Positions 8,515-18,518 of a DNA stretch of 64,000 bases are shown one piece after another. The notes under the pieces are model-generated. The model saw only the letters and a program-made list of their open reading frames with translations. It was not told where the DNA came from and did not search any database. Each line of letters starts with the position of its first letter. Position 1 is the stretch's first letter. The position numbers and the translations under genes were made by a program. The stretch covers positions 32,001 to 96,000 of the forward strand of contig CAWEPZ010000009.1 in assembly GCA_963811105.1 (NCBI GenBank). Reading direction: 5' to 3'. This stretch comes from Candidatus Bathyarchaeota archaeon (GTDB lineage: Archaea; Thermoproteota; Bathyarchaeia; Bathyarchaeales; Bathycorpusculaceae).

Positions 8515-11112
8515 ATGACAAACCTAAACAAAAATTTAATGAACACCTCATTTAATAGAACAAAGGCAATAACTGCAATCGTTTTGATACTACTGATGGC
8601 TTCTGCTGCTTTTATTGCACTAAAGCCAGTCAACGCTCAAGGCGTAACGGGGGACGTAGGTGGAACACCATCAACTTATGAATATTCTACTGCAAAACCA
8701 TCCAACGGCACTAGTATAACCTTTGGTGATCCCGACCTCAAAGCTTACCTCGCCATTTCACCTAACCCTGTAGGAGTTGGCCAAACCATTCTAGTTAACA
8801 TTTGGATGACGGTGGCTCCTGCGGCGGAACGACAACTTCAGCATTACACTGTCACATTTACGAGACCAGACGGAACAATAGACAAAATTGAGAATCTGAA
8901 GTCTTATGAAGCAGACGGAACATCCTGGTTCCAATACGTAGTTGACCAAGTTGGCACATGGCAAGCTGTATTTAGTTTCCCTGGGCAATTTTTCCCAGCA
9001 GGACGATACGCTAACGGTGTGCCAAACAGCACAGGTACGCAGAACTATGCTTATGATATGTACTATGAACCCGCTACTAGCCCAGTTACAAATCTTACTG
9101 TGCAGAGTGAACCTGTGATGTCTTGGTATTCTCCGTTGCCAACCGACTATTGGACTCGACCAATATCGATGAACAACAGAGAATGGAATGCGATTGCCGG
9201 AAACTTCCCATGGGATAAAATGGAGCTGTCTTCCTCAATGAACGGGAAGCAATCCTATTTGGGTCCATACATTACTGCGTCAAAGACGGCGCACGTAGTG
9301 TGGAAGAGACTGGACGCTTTTCCAACAGGCATTATCGGCGGTGAAGCAGGAAATTACGGCAACAAAGGCTCTGGCGACACTCCAAATGTAATCTTTGAGG
9401 GAAGATGCTACGACACTAGGACGGTAAGATGGTACAACGGGACGATGCTTAGCTGCGCTGTTTGCTACGACTTACGCACCGGAGAAATGTATTACATGAA
9501 TCCCACAGCTGCACCGTTCAATGGTTTGACGCCTACATGGATCGAATACACCAAAGGAACCAGCGCTGAAGTAGAGGGCGGTGGCGATGTCAACACTGTC
9601 ACGGCAAGTCTCAAATTGATTTCAGGCAACTTTATGTACGTTATCAACCCATCCACTGGAGCCATAACAAGCAACATAACGCTCGGTGGCTTGACAGCAA
9701 CAATCCGCCACGGCGACTGGGCATTAATGTTCCAGACAAACAACACAGCGCTATTCTCCGCAACCGCTCCCCTCAACACCACAGGCAGCGCCATAATCAA
9801 CTGGACCACACGCGGAACCAGCAACAACCCCCTGACTAGAATAACCAGCAACGTAACCAACGCTGAATTCAGATCCCTAGCGACTGGAGGAGTCGACCCA
9901 GAAGCAGGAACAAACATTGTTCAGACTAGATTCACAATTGGAAGCGTAGGCGGAGGACGCCTAGTAGGCTACAGTTTGGTAACAGGCAAATTGCTTTGGA
10001 ACAATTCGTATTCAGACAGCCCATTCAACCCAGGAACAAACTGTGCTGACGACGGAAAATACTTCTGTGTCTTTGAAAACGGGGTTGTTAGAGGCTTCGA
10101 CGCGTTTACTGGAAAAACACTATGGGAGACTCATACGGACTATCCTTGGGGTGAATTCTGGACATACTATGTTGCCTCAGGTCCTGTAGATCCTCGTTAT
10201 CCTAAAGCGGGCATATTCGTCGCAGACAGCTACGCTGGCACCTACGCTTTTAACTGGTCGACAGGCGCAATAGTCTGGCGCAGTTCTCACTTGGCACCCC
10301 CATTCGAAACTGGCTACAGCATCAACGGTACAGCGGGCACAAGCACCTATCCAGGCACCGGCACTCCAATCATTGCTGACGGGGTGGTATACATACAATC
10401 TAGCGAGCACACACAGACGGCACCATACGCCAGAGGCTACGGAACTTACTGCATCAACGCTACTACAGGAGAACTCATGTGGAAGTTAGACGAGCCCTGT
10501 GTCCTAGGAGCTGCAGCTGACGGCTACTCTATGGTAGGCGATCAATACAGCGGTTACATGTACGTCTTAGGCAAAAGCAAAAGCATGACAACAGTCGAAG
10601 CACCGCTGACCGCCATAAGCCAAGGACAAAGCATGATAATAAAAGGCACAGTTACTGACTTGTCTCCAGCTTCGCCGGGCGCAGCATGCGTTTCGGAAAA
10701 GTCGATGGGCGCATACATGAGCTATCTACATATGCAGTCCCAAATGCAAAACCTGCTACATCCTGACACAGTTACTGGGGTTCCAGTATCGATTGATGCT
10801 ATTGATCCAAACGGCAACTACATGCACATCGCAGACGTTACAAGTGACGTAAGCGGATCTTACAGCTACATGTGGAAACCTGACGCGGTAGGCAAATATG
10901 ATATTACTGCCGCATTCGTGGGAAGCCCATCTTACGGCAGCTCATTCGCAGAAACCGCAGTCGGCGTAACAGAAGCACCAGCAACATCAACACCAGTGCC
11001 AACACAGCAAGCAACAGTTCTACCACCATATGACATATACATCTTCGCAGCAGCCATAGCGATAATCATTGCAGTAGCCATCGCAACAGTGCTTATACTC
11101 CGAAAGAAATAA
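8515..11112 (+). CDS. PQQ-binding-like beta-propeller surface protein, paralog 1
   Basis: Signal peptide, SPNPVGVGQ Ig domain, LPTDYWTRPI, repeated AxxxxTGxxxW propeller motifs, Pro/Thr linker, C-terminal TM followed by RKK. Confidence 0.85.
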   Translation: MTNLNKNLMNTSFNRTKAITAIVLILLMASAAFIALKPVNAQGVTGDVGGTPSTYEYSTAKPSNGTSITFGDPDLKAYLAISPNPVGVGQTILVNIWMTVAPAAERQLQHYTVTFTRPDGTIDKIENLKSYEADGTSWFQYVVDQVGTWQAVFSFPGQFFPAGRYANGVPNSTGTQNYAYDMYYEPATSPVTNLTVQSEPVMSWYSPLPTDYWTRPISMNNREWNAIAGNFPWDKMELSSSMNGKQSYLGPYITASKTAHVVWKRLDAFPTGIIGGEAGNYGNKGSGDTPNVIFEGRCYDTRTVRWYNGTMLSCAVCYDLRTGEMYYMNPTAAPFNGLTPTWIEYTKGTSAEVEGGGDVNTVTASLKLISGNFMYVINPSTGAITSNITLGGLTATIRHGDWALMFQTNNTALFSATAPLNTTGSAIINWTTRGTSNNPLTRITSNVTNAEFRSLATGGVDPEAGTNIVQTRFTIGSVGGGRLVGYSLVTGKLLWNNSYSDSPFNPGTNCADDGKYFCVFENGVVRGFDAFTGKTLWETHTDYPWGEFWTYYVASGPVDPRYPKAGIFVADSYAGTYAFNWSTGAIVWRSSHLAPPFETGYSINGTAGTSTYPGTGTPIIADGVVYIQSSEHTQTAPYARGYGTYCINATTGELMWKLDEPCVLGAAADGYSMVGDQYSGYMYVLGKSKSMTTVEAPLTAISQGQSMIIKGTVTDLSPASPGAACVSEKSMGAYMSYLHMQSQMQNLLHPDTVTGVPVSIDAIDPNGNYMHIADVTSDVSGSYSYMWKPDAVGKYDITAAFVGSPSYGSSFAETAVGVTEAPATSTPVPTQQATVLPPYDIYIFAAAIAIIIAVAIATVLILRKK

Positions 11113-11131
11113 GCCGCAAAACCAAAACATC

Positions 11132-11148
11132 AAACCCTTTCTTTTTTT
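11132..11148 (+). terminator. Oligo-T terminator
   Basis: AAACCCTTTCTTTTTTT after the stop; near-identical runs follow the other two paralogs (about 14068 and 16981). Confidence 0.6.
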
Positions 11149-11251
11149 AGAACAATTAGAACTATATGGGCTCTTACTGGGAAGCTTTTTTCATTGGTTC
11201 TTTTCTCTTTTTGGGGTCACGTCTCAAATTATAATAAAATTTAACTTTCTG

Positions 11252-11360
11252 CAGTTGTGTTGTCAGTGCTCCCTTTCCACAGTTGTGTTGTCAGTGCTCC
11301 CTTTCCACAGTTGTGTTGTCAGTGCCTTTCCACAGTTGTGTTGTCAGTGCCCACTTTCCA
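11252..11360 (+). repeat. Tandem repeat, 4 units of 28/28/25/28 bp, immediately upstream of a TATA box
   Basis: Unit CAGTTGTGTTGTCAGTGC(TCC/-/CCA)CTTTCCA at 11252, 11280, 11308 and 11333; no spacers; TTTATAAG at 11367. Confidence 0.95.
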
Positions 11361-11400
11361 CTAAGCTTTATAAGCACACCAAACGCACTGTGTGGACCAT

Positions 11401-11442
11401 CGGGGGAGGCAATTCTCTTAATAGAAGACTTGTTATTCCTCG
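11401..11442 (+). ncRNA. 5'-leader stem-loop, copy 2
   Basis: CGGGGGA/TTCCTCG, GGCAA/TTGTT and TTCT/AGAA stems; CTTAAT loop. Confidence 0.55.
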
Positions 11443-11469
11443 AAGAAATTAAACGGGAGAGAAAAAAAA

Positions 11470-14055
11470 TTGAAAAACACAATAAGTAAAACAAAAATCA
11501 CAACCGCGATCATATTAGTTCTATTAATGGCTTCTTCAGCTTTGGTAGTAATGCATGAACCACTCATTGCACCAGCACGCGCTTATACACCGCTTCCAGG
11601 CGAATTCGGTGGATCATACTTCAACATTACAGGCGTAATGACCGCTCCACCCGCGGGAACAACACCCGCATGGTCATGGACACCCATAGCTTACCTCAGC
11701 GTTTCACCAGGCACCATAGGACAAGGTCAACAATTGCTAGTTAACATGTGGACTACACCTCCGTCAGGCGCAAACCGTTGCCGAGTCGGATACAAAGTGA
11801 CATTCACAAAGCCCGATGGCACTACTGATGTAGTTGGCCCGTTGAATTCTTATGTTGCAGACGGAACCTCTTGGTTTGATTATTATCCAGATCAAGTAGG
11901 CAATTGGACTGCAATCTTTGAAACACCAGCACAATATTACCCAGCAGGATCGTATCTGAACGGAAACCTAAACGGCTCAGCAGTTCCAGGAGTTAGTGGA
12001 TTTGGCGGCGGACCAACAACCTATCCTTCAGAATACTATGGCGATGCAATATCTGAAGTAACTACGTTCACAGTACAACAAAACCCAGTTTCCGGATGGT
12101 ACTCAACACTACCTACAAGTCAATACTGGACGCGCCCAATATCTATGAACAACAGAGAATGGCAAACAATCAGCGGAAACTATCCATGGACACAATGGAA
12201 TGCAGGCGGAATGATGAGTGCCGGTCCACGATACATGGGTCCATTCATCACCGGTTCTAACACTGCACACATACTATGGTCTCAACAGCAAGTCACAACA
12301 TTCCCAGCAGGCCTCATCGGCGGCGAAACCGGGAACTATGGAAACAAAGCAACTCCTGCTATGCCGAGTGTAATCTTTGAAGGAAGAGCATATGCAACTC
12401 AAACAGTCCAATGGTATAACGGGTCATTCCTTAGCTGCGCTGTCAGCTATGATTTACAAACTGGCCAATTCTACTACAAGATTCCTACAGCGGCGCCTTA
12501 CTATGGTATGACACCTACATTCATAGACTACTCACAGGCAACCAGCGGTGAAGTCCTTGACTCAGGCGATACAAATACTTACAACTCATATCTTTGCTTG
12601 CTCTCAGGAAACTTCCTGTACACGATTAATCCTGCAACTGGCGCCATAGCATCCAACGTAACAGTACCAACGAGCACTACTGCAGGAACATATCTATCAG
12701 GTGGCACACAACATAACGGATACGTACTGAACTTCCAGAACTTAGGTAGCGGAAACTACCGAATCATCAACTGGACAACATACCCGCCAACATCAACCAA
12801 CAGCAGTGCAAGGATAGTAAGCAACATAACATCCACATTCGGCAGCGCAAGTCAAATAGACTGGAGCACAGGCATTTCAATTACCCAAGTCCGATTCACC
12901 GAAGGCAATCTTAACGGCGGAGGAATCGTCGGCTACAACCTGGAAACAGGAAAAATGCAATTCAATGTATCAACCGGAGACGTTTCACCATTCAATGCAG
13001 GCACAGCAGTAGCTGACAGTGGACATTACTATTGCGTTATGGAAAATATGCAAGTTTGGGCATTCGATGTTTTCACTGGAGCCGTTGTGTGGAAGACACA
13101 AACAGAGTATCCGTGGGGAGACTTCTGGGGCTATACACAGGCTTCAGACGGTCAAACGTTCATTGCAATAGGTTATGGTGGAGTATACGCATTTAACGAG
13201 ACAAACGGCGCTATAGAATGGATCTTCAAGGGAGCATCTGTCCCATTCGAAACTCCATATGTTCAGAATGGCACAGGTCTTAATCCTGGCACAGGCTCAC
13301 CCGAAATTGCTAATGGAATCTGCTATATTGACAGCAACGAACATACGCCAAGCGCACCTTACACCCGTGGATGGAGTACATATGCAATCAACATGACTGA
13401 CGGTTCACTCGTTTACAAACTTGATGAACCAATGGTGGCGGGAGCAATGTCTGACGGATACACAATGTATCAGGATGGATATGACGGATTCATGTACGTT
13501 GTGGGCAAAGGTCCAAGCACAACAACCGTTTCAGCACCACAGCTCGCAGTCACCGCAGGAACAAGCGCAGTCATAACGGGATCAGTTCTTGATCAATCAG
13601 TAGCATCGCCAGATACGCCATGCGTTTCAGAAGCATCTATGGGCGACTACATGAGCTACATACACCTACAGACTACATGGCCAGGCTGGAGTATGGCAAA
13701 TGTTACTGGAGTTCCAGTATCTATTGATACTGTAGATCCAAATGGCAACTTTGTCCATATTGCAACCGTAACAAGTGACGCAACAGGACACTTTGGAGCC
13801 ACATGGACACCAGCAATCGCAGGCGACTACCATATATCCGCAACTTTCCCAGGCAGCAATTCATACGGAGCTTCATGGTCAGAAACATACGCAACAGTAG
13901 CATCAGCAACATCACCAACAACAACTCCAACACAAGCACCAGCTCAACCAGCAGTCGCAACTCAATCTGACGTAATGACATATGTCGCAATCGCTGCAGT
14001 AGCCATAATCATCGCAATAGCTATCGCAACAGTCTTAATGCTCAGAAAGAAATAA
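11470..14055 (+). CDS. PQQ-binding-like beta-propeller surface protein, paralog 2
   Basis: Same architecture and motifs as 8515-11112 (SYVADGTSWF, YWTRPISMNNREW, EHT, GVPVSID). Confidence 0.85.
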   Translation: MKNTISKTKITTAIILVLLMASSALVVMHEPLIAPARAYTPLPGEFGGSYFNITGVMTAPPAGTTPAWSWTPIAYLSVSPGTIGQGQQLLVNMWTTPPSGANRCRVGYKVTFTKPDGTTDVVGPLNSYVADGTSWFDYYPDQVGNWTAIFETPAQYYPAGSYLNGNLNGSAVPGVSGFGGGPTTYPSEYYGDAISEVTTFTVQQNPVSGWYSTLPTSQYWTRPISMNNREWQTISGNYPWTQWNAGGMMSAGPRYMGPFITGSNTAHILWSQQQVTTFPAGLIGGETGNYGNKATPAMPSVIFEGRAYATQTVQWYNGSFLSCAVSYDLQTGQFYYKIPTAAPYYGMTPTFIDYSQATSGEVLDSGDTNTYNSYLCLLSGNFLYTINPATGAIASNVTVPTSTTAGTYLSGGTQHNGYVLNFQNLGSGNYRIINWTTYPPTSTNSSARIVSNITSTFGSASQIDWSTGISITQVRFTEGNLNGGGIVGYNLETGKMQFNVSTGDVSPFNAGTAVADSGHYYCVMENMQVWAFDVFTGAVVWKTQTEYPWGDFWGYTQASDGQTFIAIGYGGVYAFNETNGAIEWIFKGASVPFETPYVQNGTGLNPGTGSPEIANGICYIDSNEHTPSAPYTRGWSTYAINMTDGSLVYKLDEPMVAGAMSDGYTMYQDGYDGFMYVVGKGPSTTTVSAPQLAVTAGTSAVITGSVLDQSVASPDTPCVSEASMGDYMSYIHLQTTWPGWSMANVTGVPVSIDTVDPNGNFVHIATVTSDATGHFGATWTPAIAGDYHISATFPGSNSYGASWSETYATVASATSPTTTPTQAPAQPAVATQSDVMTYVAIAAVAIIIAIAIATVLMLRKK

Positions 14056-14242
14056 ACAAAAAAAATCAAACCCTTTTCTTTTTTTAGTTTTTATTACAGT
14101 AAGAGTTTTTAAGGCTCTCTGACGGGGGCATTTTACAGTTTCCAATAGGTTTTTTCTGCTTAAAATCTGAAAAATTTCAAACAGACTCACTATTCGGCTC
14201 AAAAATTGAAGTTTTGATAACCAAACACGTGTGTCTCTGTAC

Positions 14243-14282
14243 TTGTGTCGTCAGTGGTCACTTTCCACACAAAGTTATAAGC
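14243..14282 (+). promoter_or_regulatory. Upstream motif plus TATA box of paralog 3
   Basis: TTGTGTCGTCAGTGGTCACTTTCCAC-N6-TTATAAGC; a single copy of the unit repeated at 11252-11360. Confidence 0.75.
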
Positions 14283-14305
14283 AATTATCCTTCAATGTAT
14301 TTCCA

Positions 14306-14345
14306 TGAGGAAGGCATAATTTTACTAAGAAAATTGTTTTCCTCA
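14306..14345 (+). ncRNA. 5'-leader stem-loop, copy 3
   Basis: TGAGGAAGGCA/TGTTTTCCTCA lower stem and AATTTT/AAAATT upper stem; ACTAAG loop. Confidence 0.55.
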
Positions 14346-14367
14346 ATAAACTATAGGAAGAGAAAAA

Positions 14368-16956
14368 ATGAAAAACCAAAAAATAATTGCGATAACCACA
14401 ATAATGCTTATGATTGCATCTATGATGCTAATGACTAATGGATTCGTGAAAGCGGCTGCACCGACAGTACCGACTTCAGGACCACTAGCTAGCGATGTTA
14501 GCGTTAACCAAACCGTAGTTTCTGCACACTTAAGCTTCAGACCTAACCCAGTCGGCGTTGGACAACCAGTACTAGTGAACATTTGGACCAGCCCCGCACC
14601 AGGCACAAATCGAAACCACCCACACTACTTAGTAACAATCACTCATCCTGACGGAACAAAAGACGTAATAGACAAGCCCTCATACGTAGCGGACGGAACA
14701 CAATGGTTCGAGTTCACACCAGACGTAGCTGGAGCATGGACTATTCAATTCGCATTTCCAGGCACATACTTCCCCGCAGGAACATACCTTTCTGGCACGT
14801 GGCTAAACAGTAGTACTAACCTAGGTAGCTTAGGATTAGGCGCAGTAGGGCCATCATCATATGCCCAAGCAGCTTACTACATGCCCGATACCACCCCAGT
14901 ACAAAACTTAACAGTGCAACAAGACATGGTTGGTTCTTGGCCGGTAGCTCCGTTACCAACAGACTATTGGACAAGACCAGTAAGCTTTAACATGAGAGAA
15001 TGGTGGCCAATCCTAGGCGCTTTTCCATGGTATGGACCAAGCGGGGTAACAGACCAGTTATGGCAACAATACTATCCTAATACCAGCTCAGTTTACAATC
15101 CAAGATCACAGTTCACTCCGTGGGTTCAAGGACCAAACAGCTGCCATGTAGTTTGGAAACAGATGCGAAACATTGATGGAATAGTCGGCGGAGACCAGAC
15201 AATCGCAGCATTAGGCTTCGAACTCAACGGGTACGGCGGAAAACCAAGCATAATATACGATGGCAGAGCCTATCAAACTATTAGCAAAGTGAATACAACT
15301 GGATCCAATAGTCTAACTTATTGGCAATGCTATGATATACGCACGGGACAACTTTACTGGGAACGCCCAATGTACCCAGGAGAAACAGCTCCAACAATCC
15401 TTGAATACACAACCGTTTCATATTCAGGTTCAGGAGTAATCGGCGCTGACATCACACCAAACACACCAGTTCTATTGTCCATAGGCAGTTCTGCTTTACG
15501 AACGTACAATCCTTTGACAGGTGCTATGACGGGAAACTATTCGATTGCTCCATTGACAACAGGCACATACTACATGAACGGATACTGCTTAAGTGTACAA
15601 AACATTGGTACAACTCAAGTCCCTAGCTATCGTTTGATCAACTGGACAACACAAGGAACAAGTGCAACAATTAATTCTAGAGTTGCAAGCAACACAACCT
15701 ACGCTTTGAGTGCACTTCCAAGCATTGTTGATTATGGCTCAGGCTATGGCGCAGCGGTCTCTGATGTCTCAGATGCTGGTACAGGCTCTTACACTAGAAT
15801 GAGGATAATTGGCTACAACCTCTGGACTGGCGAAATAACATTTAATACAACAATCAACGAACCACAATACAGCGGTTCTGCTAACCTTGCTGACCATGGC
15901 AAAGTCGCCGTATTATCCGCAAACGGATACTACGTAGCGTATGACCTAGCTACTGGCCACCTAGCATGGACAGGTCAAAAGATGGATTATCCATGGGATA
16001 GTTCAGGCTTTGGCACTTACGGTGTGCAATCAGCCTATGGTATGCTGTACAGAGAAGCTTATTCTGGCATTTACGCTTTTGACTGGAACACTGGCAAAAT
16101 AGTGTGGAAGTTCGAAGATCAAGCAGCATTCCCATATGAAGGTTCATACACCCTGCCTAACGGAACAACAACCTATCCATTTGACGACACTGCAATAATC
16201 GTCGACGGCAAAATGTACGTGTATAACGGCGAACATACCCCTAACGTTCCATTTACAAGAGGCTGGAGAACTTACGCAATCAACGCCACCAATGGCCAAC
16301 AAATCTGGGCTGTTTCAATTCCTGGATCTTCATATTTTAGCAGTACAGACTTAGTAGCAGCTGAAGGTTACTTATCTCTTGGTGGTGCTGACGGTTACCA
16401 ATACTGGTTCGGAAGAGGCTTAAGCGCTACTACTGTAACCGCTTCGCCAAAAGTCGTTGCAGATGGCTCACAAGTCCTCATCGAAGGCACTGTACTAGAT
16501 CAATCACCTGCTCAAATAGGAACACCCTGCGTATCTGATGCTTCGATGGCGACAGCTATGAATCACATCCATCAACAATTTCCAATCAACGGCATCACTG
16601 GCACTGAAACAATAACAGGTGTCCCATTAACGCTAACAGCTATTGGCACAGATGGTTCAGTTATCCCAATTGGCACAGTCACAACAAACGGCTACTACGG
16701 CACATACAGTTACGCATGGCAACCAACAAAACAAGATACTTACACTATTACAGCTTCATTTGCAGCAACAGACTCATACGGTAGCTCTTCTGCAGCAACC
16801 AGCGTCGTGGTAGGCGCAGCGGCATTAACTCCAACAGCAACACCAACACAAATAGCAACAGCGATAACAGACTACACCATAACAATTGTTGGCATGGGGA
16901 TCGCAGTAATTATTGCAGTTGCAATAGTCGGTCTCTTAATCCTTAGGAAAAGATAA
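14368..16956 (+). CDS. PQQ-binding-like beta-propeller surface protein, paralog 3
   Basis: Same architecture (RPNPVGVGQ, PLPTDYWTRPV, GEHTP, C-terminal TM followed by RKR); more diverged than paralogs 1 and 2. Confidence 0.85.
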   Translation: MKNQKIIAITTIMLMIASMMLMTNGFVKAAAPTVPTSGPLASDVSVNQTVVSAHLSFRPNPVGVGQPVLVNIWTSPAPGTNRNHPHYLVTITHPDGTKDVIDKPSYVADGTQWFEFTPDVAGAWTIQFAFPGTYFPAGTYLSGTWLNSSTNLGSLGLGAVGPSSYAQAAYYMPDTTPVQNLTVQQDMVGSWPVAPLPTDYWTRPVSFNMREWWPILGAFPWYGPSGVTDQLWQQYYPNTSSVYNPRSQFTPWVQGPNSCHVVWKQMRNIDGIVGGDQTIAALGFELNGYGGKPSIIYDGRAYQTISKVNTTGSNSLTYWQCYDIRTGQLYWERPMYPGETAPTILEYTTVSYSGSGVIGADITPNTPVLLSIGSSALRTYNPLTGAMTGNYSIAPLTTGTYYMNGYCLSVQNIGTTQVPSYRLINWTTQGTSATINSRVASNTTYALSALPSIVDYGSGYGAAVSDVSDAGTGSYTRMRIIGYNLWTGEITFNTTINEPQYSGSANLADHGKVAVLSANGYYVAYDLATGHLAWTGQKMDYPWDSSGFGTYGVQSAYGMLYREAYSGIYAFDWNTGKIVWKFEDQAAFPYEGSYTLPNGTTTYPFDDTAIIVDGKMYVYNGEHTPNVPFTRGWRTYAINATNGQQIWAVSIPGSSYFSSTDLVAAEGYLSLGGADGYQYWFGRGLSATTVTASPKVVADGSQVLIEGTVLDQSPAQIGTPCVSDASMATAMNHIHQQFPINGITGTETITGVPLTLTAIGTDGSVIPIGTVTTNGYYGTYSYAWQPTKQDTYTITASFAATDSYGSSSAATSVVVGAAALTPTATPTQIATAITDYTITIVGMGIAVIIAVAIVGLLILRKR

Positions 16957-17096
16957 TAAAACAGCAACCAAAAAATCAGCACCCCTTTTCTTTTTTTATG
17001 TTTTGCAAATGCTTTTTTTAGCTGACCAGCATATCTGAAATTCAAAGCGTAATCGATAGGCATTTAGGCTTGAGAATAAGTATTAGATGAAAACAG

Positions 17097-18389
17097 TTGA
17101 TTCACATGGCTTTGAAGAAAATTACCGATGTATTGGAAGGACGCTGCACAGAGCAAAACGTGACAGTGCGAGGTTGGGTTTACCGTAAACGTGAAGGGAA
17201 AGAGCTAATTTTTCTGGTAGTTCGCGATTCAACAGGCTTTATCCAATGTACAGTAAAAAAAACCAGCTCTGGCTGGAGCGAAGCACAGCGTTTAACAATT
17301 GAATCATCTTTAACACTAGAAGGCACAGCAAAAGAAGATAAGCGAGCACCTGGCGGATACGAAATAAGCGCAGAAAGCATAACAATTATTGGTTTAGCGG
17401 AAACTTTTCCAATAGCAAAGGACAAAAGCGAGGAATTCATTCGCGACATGCGTCACCTTTGGCTCCGCAGCCGAAAAATGAATTTGGTCATGAGAGTTCG
17501 CGGAGATGTGTTAGAAGCAGCACGCCAATACTTCAAAAGCCAAAATTATACTGAAGTTTCACCGCCAATGTTTATTTCCGCAGCTGTTGAAGGCGGCTCA
17601 ACATTGTTCGGCTTGAAATATTTTGATCAAGACCTATACCTAACACAGAGCAGCCAGCTCTACCTTGAAATTCTAATCTACTCTTTAGAAAACGTCTATT
17701 GTATTGCACCCTCGTTCAGAGCTGAAAAAAGTAGAACAATCCGACATTTAACTGAGTATTGGCACATTGAAGGCGAATGGCCTTTTGCCGATATGAATGA
17801 TTTGATGAAATTTGAAGAAGGATTAATGTTGCATATTTGCAAAACCGTCGGCGATAAATGCGAAAAAGAATTCAAAGAATTGGGTGCTGATATAAACAAG
17901 CTAAGAGAAGTTAAAACTCCGTTTCCACGCATAACTTACGCCGAGGCAATTAACAGGTTGAAAGTCAAAAATCCCGCGTTGAGTTGGGGTGTTGACTTAG
18001 GTTATGAGGATGAGAAAGTCTTGGCTGAAGAATTTGGCATGCCATTCTTCGTTTACGATTATCCGACTGCGATTAAAGCGTTTTACTGCAAAACCTACAA
18101 AGATCACCCTGAGGTTGCCATGTCAGTTGATATGATGGTGCCTCGCATCGGCGAAATCAGCACAGGTGGGGCGAGAGAAGAAAATAAAGACACACTTATT
18201 GCTCGAATGAAAGAGCAAGACCTCAAGCCTGAAGAGTACGAATGGTATCTTGACCTGAGGCGTTATGGTACGGTGCCGCACGTTGGTTTTGGCATGGGAC
18301 TTGAACGGCTGATTACGTGGATGCTTGACTTAGACAACATAATGGACTCTATTCCTTTTCCAAGAACAACTCGTAGATTCTACCCTTAA
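17097..18389 (+). CDS. asnS: Asparagine--tRNA ligase
   Basis: OB-fold VRGWV, EGGSTLF, YLTQSSQLYLE, FRAEKSRTIRHLTEYW, WYLDLRRYGTVPHVGFGMGLER. Confidence 0.93.
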   Translation: MIHMALKKITDVLEGRCTEQNVTVRGWVYRKREGKELIFLVVRDSTGFIQCTVKKTSSGWSEAQRLTIESSLTLEGTAKEDKRAPGGYEISAESITIIGLAETFPIAKDKSEEFIRDMRHLWLRSRKMNLVMRVRGDVLEAARQYFKSQNYTEVSPPMFISAAVEGGSTLFGLKYFDQDLYLTQSSQLYLEILIYSLENVYCIAPSFRAEKSRTIRHLTEYWHIEGEWPFADMNDLMKFEEGLMLHICKTVGDKCEKEFKELGADINKLREVKTPFPRITYAEAINRLKVKNPALSWGVDLGYEDEKVLAEEFGMPFFVYDYPTAIKAFYCKTYKDHPEVAMSVDMMVPRIGEISTGGAREENKDTLIARMKEQDLKPEEYEWYLDLRRYGTVPHVGFGMGLERLITWMLDLDNIMDSIPFPRTTRRFYP

Positions 18390-18518
18390 CCCACCTTCTT
18401 TTTGGGTTAAGCAAAGGCTCAATTTATATTTGTTAGCCGCTTTTGCTCTAAGAAATGGATTTTTCGTCTCTCCTACGTCGATCTGCCATTAAGAATTGCT
18501 TAATAGCTAATTGACAAC

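Noticed and set aside
11252-11360. Possible CRISPR array, and the Cys-rich ORFs 11255-11452 and 11283-11489
   Set aside because: Units are contiguous with no spacers and there are no cas genes in the window; the ORFs are translations of the repeat.
8515-16956. Diversity-generating retroelement acting on the paralogs
   Set aside because: No reverse transcriptase and no near-identical TR/VR pair with adenine-specific differences.
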